Below the pieces are notes generated by a model. The model was given only the letters and a program-made list of their open reading frames with translations. It had not been told where the DNA came from and searched no databases. Shown in pieces: positions 24,860-35,720 of a stretch of 64,000 nt of DNA. The stretch lies in contig NW_024704743.1 of NCBI RefSeq assembly GCF_018977255.1, positions 67,768,001 through 67,832,000 of the forward strand, given 5' to 3'. This stretch comes from Callorhinchus milii (lineage: Eukaryota). The first letter of the stretch is position 1. Each line of letters opens with the position of its first letter. The position numbers were made by a program, and so were the translations under genes.

Positions 24860-25540
24860 GACTTTGAACTCACACTCCAAGTTCTGACACTCCAATTCAG
24901 TAATGGAGGTGTACAACATTGTTCAAATGAGATGCAATACCAAGTTCCCTGTTCAGGTGGGCAGTAAAGTTCCCATAGCACTGCTCAAAAAGAGAAGAGT
25001 TTCTCCCAATGTCTCGGCCAACATTCCACCAGATAAAAATTGGTCATTCAGTTCTAGGCTTTTTGTAGGGCATTGCTGTTTAATAATAATCCTTGCATTT
25101 GATATAGCGCTTTTCACGTCGGGAGGACGTCCCAAAGCGCTTCACAGAACACACTGTAAAGTGAATTGACTGTATATTTGTGGGCGAACGCAGCAGCCAA
25201 TTGCGCACAGCAATGTCCCACAAACAGTCGTAGATTGAAAATGACCAATTTATTATTGTTTTGGGTTTTGGAGGGATTATTATTAGGCGTGTGGAGTAAG
25301 GAAACTTGCCCAAGGTTTCGCCCTGCCTGGAATTGAACTCAGGTCTCTCGCTTGCAAAGCGAGTGCTCTAACCACTGAGCTACAGGACTCCACAAAGTCC
25401 AAAAACTAATTTACAAAGTGTTTGTAAATTAGCTACCTTGTTTGCCTACAAGCATACAGTTTCCATTTCAGTAAAATCCTGTGAAACACTTTGAGACATG
25501 AAGGTCGCTATATCAGATGCAAGGAGTATTAATATTATAA
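24860..25540 (+). mobile_element. Old DeuSINE interrupted by a young SINE (25081-25393)
   Basis: Deu body runs to ...GGGCATTGCTGTT (25080) and resumes at ~25420 (GTAAATTAGCTACC...TCCTGTGAAACACTTTGAGAC). Confidence 0.75.
25081..25393 (-). mobile_element. Young tRNA-Ala-headed SINE, short form, full length (best-preserved copy)
   Basis: CpGs are retained; the tRNA-like head at 25318-25389 has anticodon TGC; near-identical to 4330-4655 and 40737-40968. Confidence 0.93.
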
Positions 25541-26224
25541 TAAAGTAGTGAACAAAGTTGCTCTTTATAGGAAACAGACAATAATCTCTATTGACATAAG
25601 ACTGATAGTGAAAATACTTAGTAATTATCATTTCAGTACATCAGTAAAAGTCTTTTCCCCAACCATAGTTTGATCAACTTCAGTAGAAGCTGGAGACATT
25701 TTACTGAAATAATATAGTTAGCAAACAGCATTAGAGCAAAATGTGCTTTGGGAAAGATACTTCCTGTGCAAGAAAACTGTTGGAATGTTATTAAAGTAGT
25801 ACAAATGTATTTGTGATTTTGTGCTGATGCCACTGACCTGATCATGCTTAAATGTCAATGCATTACCTTCAATAAATGTGGGTAGATAAGAAAGAGAAAA
25901 ATGCAGTCAGGAGCTATTGGGTTACAGATTGAATCTGCTTCTGTAAAATTAATTTTAATCACAATTCTGACTAAAGATAAAAATGCAAAACGGCACAGCA
26001 AACGTGCTGCAGGAACTGTGGTATCCTACTGCAGTTAAGAAGTTTTGAACAGGACATTTCTACATCTGACCGGCTAGCATACTCATCAACAAACATCCCA
26101 AGGTACATCTTCATAGACAAGATAGAAGGTCTCCCTGGCTTTGCAACCATGGTCACAAAATGCATGATAATGCAGAATTTTGACAAATTCTTTCTTAATT
26201 CTTTCAAATTCTTTCTTTCTTAGG

Positions 26225-27587
26225 TCCTTGAGAGAGCCGTCACCTCCCAGCTTCGCGCTTTCCTCTCCTCCCACTCCCTCCATGAACCCCTCCAAATGAC
26301 ATCTTGACCATGTGTGACCAGGGCTCTCTCTGCCTTCTCGTCCTCCTCGACCGCTCCGCCGCCTTTGATACTGTGGACCACTCAATCCTGCTCCATCACC
26401 TCTCCTCCCACCTCAACCTTCAAGGTTCTGTCCTTGACTGGTTCAGGTCCTACCTTTCACACTGCCTCCACTTCATCTCTACAAACGGCTTCTCCTCCAG
26501 CTCCTGCACCGTCTCGTGCGGTTTTCCTCAGGGGTTTGTCCTCGGTCCCCTCCTCTTCACCCTTTACATGCTCCCCCTTGGTAACATTATCCGGAGACAT
26601 GGGGTAAATTTCCACATGTATGTGGATGACACCCAACTCTATCGCTCTGCCTCCACCCTCAACTCCAGGATCACTGGCGTCCTGACTGACTGCCTGTCCG
26701 ACTAGGGACAACTTTCTCCAACTCAACATCAGCAAGACCAAGATCCTTCTGATTGGCTCGCGCTAGTACCTCCGCACCTCAGGCACTGGCAGCATCTGCC
26801 TCCATGGCTGCACATTCAACCTCACTAAGCCAGTCAGGAACATGGGTGTCTTGTTTGACCCCGAACTGTCCTTTCTCCCCCACATTCGCACCATGACCGG
26901 CACTGCCTACCACCACCTCCGCAACATTGCCAGACTCCGCCACTGCCTCACCCCTCAGCCTGCCGAAACAGTCACCCACACATTCGTCACATCAAAGCTC
27001 AATTATGGAAACTCCCTCCTCATCGGCCTTCCCAACTTTTCCCTTCACAAGCTGCAGATCATCCAAAACTCTGCAGTTTGTGTACTCTCGCGCACCAGGC
27101 TCCACGACCCCATCAGTCCCACTCTCGCCCAACACCACTGGCTCCCCATCCCTCAGAGGATCAAATTCAAGATCCTCATCCTCACTTTCAAGGTTATCCA
27201 TGGCCTTGGCCCTTCCTACCTCTCTGACCTGCTGACTCCCTACTAACCTGCCCGCTCCCTCCATTTAGCGGGCTCCAGCTTGTTCCATGTCTTCCGTCTG
27301 ACCCGCCCTACCATCGGGGGCCGGGCTTTCAGCCTCTCTGCCCCCACACTCTGGAACTCCATCCCACAGTCCCTTCACCTTGCTTCCTCCCTTGCCTCCT
27401 TCAAGGCCAGTCTCAAGACCCTTCTCTTCGATCGTGCCTTCAGTCACCCTCCCACCTCTCTGCCTTCCCTCACCCCTACACCACCCCTCCCCCATGCTCG
27501 GGTCCTGACCCCTGACTGTCCAGCGCCTTGAGACGTCCTCCCGACATGAAAGCATTCTATAAATGTAATTTTGATGTTGTTGTTGTT
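26225..27587 (+). mobile_element. L2 LINE, 5'-truncated, with RT domain and 3' end (pseudogenised ORF2)
   Basis: LLDRSAAFDTVDHSILL, GFPQGFVLGPLLFTLYM, YVDDTQLY, HHWLPIPQRIKFKIL and SFKASLKTLLFDRAF; internal stops and frameshifts; (TTG)n tail. Confidence 0.92.
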
Positions 27588-28784
27588 AATTGCTGAAATT
27601 AGAAAACAGGCTTCTGCAGTAAGACTGAATGGGTTTTGATTGGACACTTTCACTGAAATGCATAGACACAGATGGACGGACGCTTATGAATGGACATGAT
27701 CAACAAATCACAAATCAAGAGACTTTTAAAGGCCATCAGTTCTGTGCTGTCCTCAGTGTGCCTCAGTTCTGACTGAGAACCCAAACAAGGATAAAGTATG
27801 TTGCAACAGTCAAATCAGGGTGAATGTGTGATGGACTCAGCCAATTTGAGTCTCTTTCAGTCAACTCTTCCTTCAATAAAAAAAATCTAATTTTTAATTC
27901 CTGATCATAAGCCAATCCAAAAGAGATCTGTAACTCCGTTGCTTTTATTTAATATTTTATTTAATATGCCTTCAAGGTTTCACACTCTTTTTAAAATAAT
28001 TTAGCTGTTTCCTTATTTACTGAGCTTTTCCCAGTATTGTCTTGTTTGCAGTAACAGCAGCTGTTGGAGATTTCTGACAAGCATTGGAACCTTCGCAATA
28101 TCTTTTTTAATGTTTTGTCCCCATGGCAATATTAATTTTAATCACATTTTTTGTAATTTGGGAGCAGGGAAACTTTTGTTGAGTTTCCTTCTGCCTAGAA
28201 TAGCCTCTGGTTCAAGCTGGAGGAGTGGAAAAGGGAGATCTCCAACTTCAATCGCTCTGCATCAATAGCGCTCCAGGTATTTCCTTTAAATTGAAACATC
28301 TTTGCACACAACTGAACCTGATTAGCAACTGAGAATCTGGTGAGAAGCCCACATTTATCTTGAAACAGATGTGGGTGGATTTCTACAATGTTTTACCCCC
28401 ATTGACATCAAGCTTAAGATATTACAATGTTCATCACACCTCACGTCAACTGCTATTGTTTGCATGTCATTTGTTTTTGCCTACAAAAACACAATACATA
28501 GTTACAATTATACAATTGTACTGCCCAAGCAACTACTGTTCTAATTAGAACAAGTATACTCTGGTCTTCAAATTCCCTCAGGCTTCTCTGATTCACTTCT
28601 GTCCTGGGCTGCAACACTCCAGATAAACTGCTTTAGGTTTCCATTGATTGAATGACAGTTAGCTCTCTTCCTTCAGTCATTAGCTTTGAGTCCAATCAAT
28701 CACTTGACGGCTGTTTGAGCTTTGTTATTGCACATTGCTGGTTTCAGGAAGGGAGGGGAGGGGATGGAATAATAATCCCTTTAA

Positions 28785-29255
28785 CAATCCTTGCATTTAA
28801 TATAGGACAGTATCACATTGATGAGATGTCTCAAAGCACTTCAAAGGATTTTACTGTGAATAGTCATGACTGTATTTCTAGACAAACACAGCAGCCGATT
28901 TATGCATAGCTATGTCCCACGAACAGCCATGAAGTGAATGATCAATTTTATTTGAGGGATTGTTGGTCAAAACTCTGGGAGAAACTCTCTTCTCTTTTCG
29001 AGTCGTGACAAGGAATTTTTAACATTCATCTGAACTGGCAGACAGGACCTCAGACTTTACTGTCCACCTGAAGAGACAAAAAGTACCTCAGTTTAACAAA
29101 CTCTTTGGAGGATGAAATCTCTGAATATGCAGAGCTTCCCCAATGATGCATCGGAGTATCAGCCTAAATTGTGTGATCAAATGCCCTGACATTGGGTTTA
29201 AACCCCTAACCTTTGACTGAGGCCAAAGTCCTACCAACTGGTCCAGGCTGACATT
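28785..29255 (-). mobile_element. Old DeuSINE, near full length
   Basis: Tail ATCCTTGCATTT..., Deu core and head ...CTACCAACTGGTCCAGGCTGACA. Confidence 0.75.
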
Positions 29256-30488
29256 AAATAAGCAAAGGGAGATTAGAAAAGAAACAAAGAGGGTTGAAAG
29301 GAATGCGGAATGCACTTCCTGTATCCATGGTTAAAACAGAATCCATACAAGCGCTTCACAGTAAAGTGTAGTGACTGTGTAATTTTAGGTAAACATTAAG
29401 TAGAATGTTACAGCATGGAAACATGTCATAGACCCAACTCGTTCATGCTGATGTTTATATTCCACATGAGCCTCCATCTCTTCAGTTGGTCAGGTTTAGA
29501 TGAGTAACTACAGATGGGACTCCACAACACTCAAGAGCTGGGAGCTCTCATAACTGCATACAAGTCTGCTATTTGAAAGCTATGGGCAGAATCGTGAGCT
29601 CCATCTGTGCCGTACTCCAGATGATCCAGAGACAGTTGCTGCAAATCCATTTTCAGTGTTGACATCCTTCACCTTAATGAGCACAAAATACAGCTAAAAA
29701 TAAAAAATTTTGTTCAACATCCTGTTAATACACAGCTTGCTTGACTTAAATTATGAAAAGCAAGTGAATTTTTCCCAGTGGACCCATTTCACTTGTTTAT
29801 TTATATGTACTGTGCTTTGATCATTGCTTATTTACTCAATAGATAAATTAGTTCGGAATTTAGGCTGGACACAATGAGAGAATAAAGGTTGCTAAATTTA
29901 GCCATCACAGATAGTGTATCTTTACCATCATCCTTAAACTGTAAGAACATAACATCAGAATAAAAAGAGCTTATTCAGCTTTACTGACTTGCCTGGTCAT
30001 CCAAGTCCAATTTTATGAACCAATTTTTTCTGAACCCCAAGCCTATTTCTCTCAGTGATCTACTGAATCAGGATAGTATCAGTATTTACTACACAAAGTG
30101 ACAGTCCTTTTCACATGTCAATGATTCATAATGTGAAAAATGTATCCTTTCATTTTGATTCTAGTCTGTGGAGTCTTTAGTTTACAAACCTGTCATCTAA
30201 TTCAACTATTATGTGTCAGCCTTGCTCAGTTAGTAGCACGCTTGCCTCAGTCAGAAGATTGTGAGTTCAAGCCCATGCTGATTCTTTGAGTTTATAATCC
30301 ACTTCAGTGCAATGCTGGGGTTGTGTTACATTGCCAGAGGTGGTATCTTTCAGTTGAGTCCAAGTTCCTTTCTGTCAGTTCAGATGGAAGTTAAATTCCC
30401 ATTGTACAAATTTGAAAAGGAAAAGGTTTTTCCCAGATTAGATTGCTCGTTCACTTTGTGGCTGTTTACACAACATTGCAATGCACAA

Positions 30489-30817
30489 ATAATAATAATC
30501 CTTCATTTGATATCGCGCCTTATCATGTCTTGGAGACGTCTCAAAGCACTTCAGAAAATATACCGTAAAGTGAATTAACTGTATATTTTGTGGGCAAAAG
30601 GCAAGAGCTAAACAATCGTGGATTTTTTTTTAAGGAATTATTACCCCTGGAAAAGCGATCCATCAATCGACAAACAATCAGGTTCCTATTTACTGCTAGG
30701 TAAATAGAGGTGTGTGGAGTAAGGAAATTTGCCCAACTTTTCAACCTGCTGAAAATTGAACCCAGGTCCTTTTGCTCACAAGGCGAGTATTCTAACCACT
30801 GAGCTACAGGACTCCAC
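30489..30817 (-). mobile_element. tRNA-headed SINE, long (CORE-like insert) form
   Basis: Same head as the young SINE plus the segment TCTATTTACCTAGCAGTAAATAGGAACC...GATCGCTTTTCCAGGGG. Confidence 0.85.
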
Positions 30818-31258
30818 TCCAAATTGGCTGCACAGTAAATCCTGTGAAGGGCATCAAGACGTTTTAATGATGTGATAATGTGCTGGATAAAATGTGAGTT
30901 ATTATACCTATGCTAGTTTTGTACAGAATACATGCACCTTATAAGCTACATTTTACTTTAATTAGGTTCAAATGCTAACTTCACTTCTTCCCAATCACAA
31001 TTGACTTTAGCTGTATACTCTTAGTCCATGCTCTTAAAGATCAATAATATGGCATCACCTTTAGAGTCTTCTATTGAATTATTTGTATTATCTTTACATA
31101 TCCAGAACTCAAGTGACTACAACTGAACACAATTCCACATGTCGTCTCACCAACATTTTATAATGTGTCAGATTCACTTATTTTGACATATTTTAGGAAC
31201 CATATTAACATTGATTTGCCTCTAAACTGTGATATGGTTTCAATTTTTTTATTTTTTT

Positions 31259-31387
31259 TTAGTATTTTTCTTCATGCATCTTATTTAAATCATATAGCCT
31301 TAATTTAGTTATCACATAATATATGTATATGTGATTACTAAATTAAGGCTATTTGATTTAAATAAGACACATGAAGAAAAATACTAA
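31259..31387. repeat. AT-rich palindrome with ~60-bp arms, 9-nt spacer and 4 mismatches
   Basis: TAGTATTTTTCTTCATG...ATCACATA is the reverse complement of TATGTGAT...ATGAAGAAAAATACTA. Confidence 0.9.
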
Positions 31388-32349
31388 TTTTTTTAAAAAA
31401 ATGTAATGTATATTTACATTAAGCTCCTTGAGATGTCTCAAAGACATGATAAGGTGCTATATCAAATGCAAGAATTATTATAATATTCATATATATGATT
31501 GTTTCATATCAAAATCATCAAATGGATTAGCACACTTTCCAATTTATGTTAGATTTCAGTCATCCCTTTCCTAGAGGATGTGTTTTATTTCCCCCAACTT
31601 TATTTTGAATGTTAAAAATATTTTTTAAGCTGAATTTACATTGAAACATTCTGCTTGAATACATACTATGTCCCAAGCAGAACAGCTTCTAACACTAATT
31701 CTTAGGTTACCCCACTAGTCTCCAGATTAGAAAGTGTGCCATTGATTATAATGGCACACTCGGTTACCTAATTTATTATTCAATGTACATCAGTCTCCCT
31801 CATCCAAAGTATTTTCATTAATCGTCACCAGAGTCCTGTGGGGCATCTGACCAAGTGCCTTGTGAAAGTCAAGGTCTATAAATATCCATCAAACCACCAT
31901 CATTCACCAATATTGTGACACCCTCAACAAATTACAATACATTTCTTAGGCAATGACCAGCGTTTCATAAATTCAAGATGTAAACATGAGTTTTGGAGGA
32001 ACTTCTGTATGCAGAAACTTGTCTATGTATGAAGCAGAAACCATCAATGGATTTACAAGGAAACTTGACATATATGTGAGGAAAAAAGGAATGAAGGGAT
32101 AGGGGAAAGTGGATTAGGAGGGATGGAGGCTGATGTGTGAATAACCAGTTTTCATGCTTATGTAATGTTTCCATGTTACATTCTATGTCATTCTATGTAA
32201 AAGCTCTGCTGACCTAGAATCATAATTTAAATGCTCCCAAACTACTAAATTAACATCTAAACTATCCTAAAATGCTGCAATGTTAATGGTTTTCATCTTA
32301 GACAAATGACAAGCTAGGAGACATGTAAATCCCTAGATCATGATCATGT

Positions 32350-32790
32350 CCGGACTAAACTTTGCAAACTCTCTGCTTGCTGGACTTCCTAACTTTTCCC
32401 TCCACAAACTGCAGACCATCCAGGTCTCTGCAGCTCACGTCCTCCTTCACCCAAAGCTCCCTGAGCCGATCAACCCCTTCCTCAACCAGCTCCATTAGTT
32501 ACCCATCCCCCAGAGGATTCAGTTTGAGATGGTCATCCTCACCTTTAAATCCCTCCATGGACTTGCCCCACCCTACCTCTGTGACCTTCTTAAATCCTAC
32601 CAACCCACCCGCTCCCTCCACTTGGCAGGTACTGACCTGCTTCACAGACCCACACTACCAACAGTGGTCAGGTTTTCAGCCTATCTGCCCCCACTCTCTG
32701 GAACACTATTCCGTAGTTCCTCCACCTCATCCTTTCCTTTCACCTCCTTTAAGGTGCATCTCAAGACCTTCTTTGAGCATGCCTTCAGTG
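32350..32790 (+). mobile_element. L2 LINE 3' ORF2 fragment
   Basis: ILTFKSLHGLAPPYLCDLL...SFKVHLKTF. Confidence 0.82.
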
Positions 32791-33939
32791 AATTGGAGTG
32801 ACTGTCTATTTGTAGGAGAAACATGCAGTAAAGAGCATATCATTCTGCTGAAATTGTCTACAGGGTTGTAAAATATCCATTTTTAATATCCTCCTTTTTT
32901 TTTCATCTTTACCTTTAATATTCTTGTCCATGAACACACTATAAAATATCCCAAACTATCCCTTACAATTTCATGCTCAAAGTCCTAGCTTCCAATTATC
33001 TTTCCATCAGTTTTTCCATCTATTGTTATATTTTCAACCTTCAAAACATTTGCACTTTTCTTTTATGGGTCAGCTCGTCTCAGTTGTATTCTCTTCTCAG
33101 AGTCAGAAGATTGTTGTTTCAAGCCCCAAGGCAGGGCTTGATCTTGTCATCTGGGCTGACATTTGTGCAGTCCTAGAGGACTGCGGTATTGTTGAAGGTG
33201 CAACCTGTTTGAGATTAGATGAGATATTAAATCAAAGGCTTGTCCATCTGCATTTAGCTTTTTTTCCACAAGGAAACAAATAGGCTCAGCCAATTTATTC
33301 TTCACCATTATCACTCTCATTCATTTAATTTCCTGAAATCTGGAATGATTCATTTTTATTATCTCCTTACTATGCCTCCCCATGTCATAGCTTCAAATCT
33401 ATTTGTAGTATTTATCATTACTGTTGAAATGTTCCAATCCTATTAGGAGATGTTAAATCAAGCACATCTCATTTCTTAATCTCTGTTTCAGCATTCTTTG
33501 CTAGGAAGTAGTTCCTCATTAACTTCATGAACTGACCTTTGAAAGACTCAGGTCCTCATTCAACTGTAAACTATAGCAAGTTAAATCCTTGATTATTATC
33601 CTCTATTTCTATAATGCATATTCTATTTGCTTAAATAATTCTCTATTGATCTCCTTCCCCAACCATCTCAGTCGAAAGGGAATTCACAATAACTTTGTTT
33701 TGTGGCAAAAATTACAACCCAAAACCAACAGATCATTCAACTCCCAGAGGTGTTAACTGGCTTTACATGGTGAATCACAGTATTAATTGCATTTGAGTCA
33801 CACCATCGTAAAGTGATTTTCCGCCTTGATGGGAGTTAAGCAGGGTTCCTTGGAGCCAAACTGATTCCAAGGTGACATGTTTAGCAAACAGAATATCAGA
33901 ATCGACTCAATTTTCTGTGGCGATTTTAATAGTTTAGTT

Positions 33940-34270
33940 CTTGAACCAGGCAGATCCAAGGTACTGCTGATAACAGACCAGCCAGCCTGAATCATCTGTA
34001 GGACTTGGATCACTCCTGTTAATCCTGCAAGCCAAAGCCTAAATGTGTTAGGTGGTCCTAGATGGACAAACAGTAGAAAGCTTGCCAAGCAGTGCTCTCA
34101 ATATCAAGCTATAAGCTTTTGGCAGGTTAAAATCCAGCAGTCCAACAACACACATTCTGGGGTCTCCAAGCCTTGGCTCTTACCAGTGTGTATCTAATAC
34201 TCTCCAGAAATAGTTAAGCAGGGTGGATCTCTCCAGGGAGAAAATGTGCAGCCTATTTCCAGGGATGCCC
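33940..34270 (-). repeat. Unclassified interspersed repeat, copy 2
   Basis: The reverse complement aligns to 13710-14080. Confidence 0.75.
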
Positions 34271-34959
34271 AAATTTCTATTTAATCCTTTTGTTTGCTAT
34301 ATGTTGTTCTTAATAGCAAGAACTGCCGGTAAAAGAAAGTGTGCGACATTGGGGAATATTATAACAGTAAAAAGACATTCAGGAAAAATGTGAAAACATT
34401 AATAATAATAATCTTTACATTTGGTATAGCGCCTTTCATGTTGGGATGATGTCCCAAAACGATTCACAAGATATACTACAAAATGTCATGTGACAGTATG
34501 TATTTTGTGGGCAAACACAGCAGCCAATTTGCGTGCAGCAATGTCCTACAAATAGCCATGGAGCAAATGATCAATTTTATTTGGGGGATTGTTGGTCAGG
34601 AACCAAGAGAAATTCTCTTCTAGCTCAAATAGTGGTATAGGATCTTTATCGTCCACCTGCCCTGGAAATAGGCTGCGCACTTTCTCCCTGGAGAGATCCA
34701 CCCTGCTTACCTATTTCTGGAAAGCCATTTCCTTCACTGCAGTGTAAAAGTACATGGTGTTGCTGGAAATTGCCGAGTAACCAGCATGGGTAATCGCTTA
34801 CCACACAGTCATTCAGCAGACACCTAATAACTAGGCAACAGTGACCCTTTTGTCAGTGCTCCTTGAAAAAATCTGCAATGCTGTAAAATGCCAATTTGCA
34901 CCAGTATTGGCACTGACACGACCTTGGCTTGAGAAATAAGAAACAGTTAAAAACTCAAA

Positions 34960-35720
34960 CAGAATTTGTTTTAGAATCAATTAATTTTCTCTCATCTGGA
35001 AACATGATTGCTGACATAATGCAGTTTTCATTAACTTTCTAATCAGCAGAAAAATCAGTAGAAATTAAAGAATTAAGGTAATAGTCAAATAAATCAAAGG
35101 CGTGTGAAATGTCTGTTCCCCTAATTGGCAGCTCTGCCGTCTATTGTAATCATGCCTCCCCAGTAATATTTTGTTTCATATTTCAACGACAGCACTTTGT
35201 TCTGAGTGCAGTCGGCATAGAATTAACCATTGTAAAGCATTATCCAGTAATGGTTTACAGTTGAAATTATATTCAACGTTTTCCCTAATAATGTTTGAGT
35301 CATAATAGTAGCATTCACTCAATGTGAAATACAGAGAATTAACAAGCCCTGTGACACACTTCAGGTTTCACAGACAACCATAAGATGGAAGAATGAAGGA
35401 TTATACACACTCCCCAGCATGTGACACACCTTTCAACAGCATTTAGCAGAATACTGGCTTTAATCTGCTATTTTTCGAGTGATGCTGTTATCCGGCTAAC
35501 TGACAGTCCAATAATGCGAAGATCCACAAGCTGGTAATCCAATGTGTGACTTGTCAGATGTTACGCTGAGAAGGATGTCAATTGCTGAACCACTTAATAT
35601 ATAAAATATGATAAAGTCGCTGAACTGACTGCTTGGCTGTTTAGCACATATAGCTATTAATTAACAAGTTGCAATATCCCCACATTTAAGTTATAATTCC
35701 TGAATCAATGGGTTCCATCA
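34960..35720. promoter_or_regulatory. Candidate conserved non-coding element block
   Basis: Long repeat-free stretch with ATAAATCA (Pbx/Hox-like), ATCAAAG (TCF-like), CTAATTGG, TGACAG and TGAGTCA motifs. Confidence 0.35.

Noticed and set aside
26304..27531. Longest RT-like ORFs as a functional gene
   Set aside because: They are broken by stops and frameshifts and are 5'-truncated; this is a dead L2 copy.
32362..32871. 169-aa ORF (the longest in the track)
   Set aside because: It is a Ser/Pro-rich off-frame reading of a pyrimidine-rich L2 fragment.
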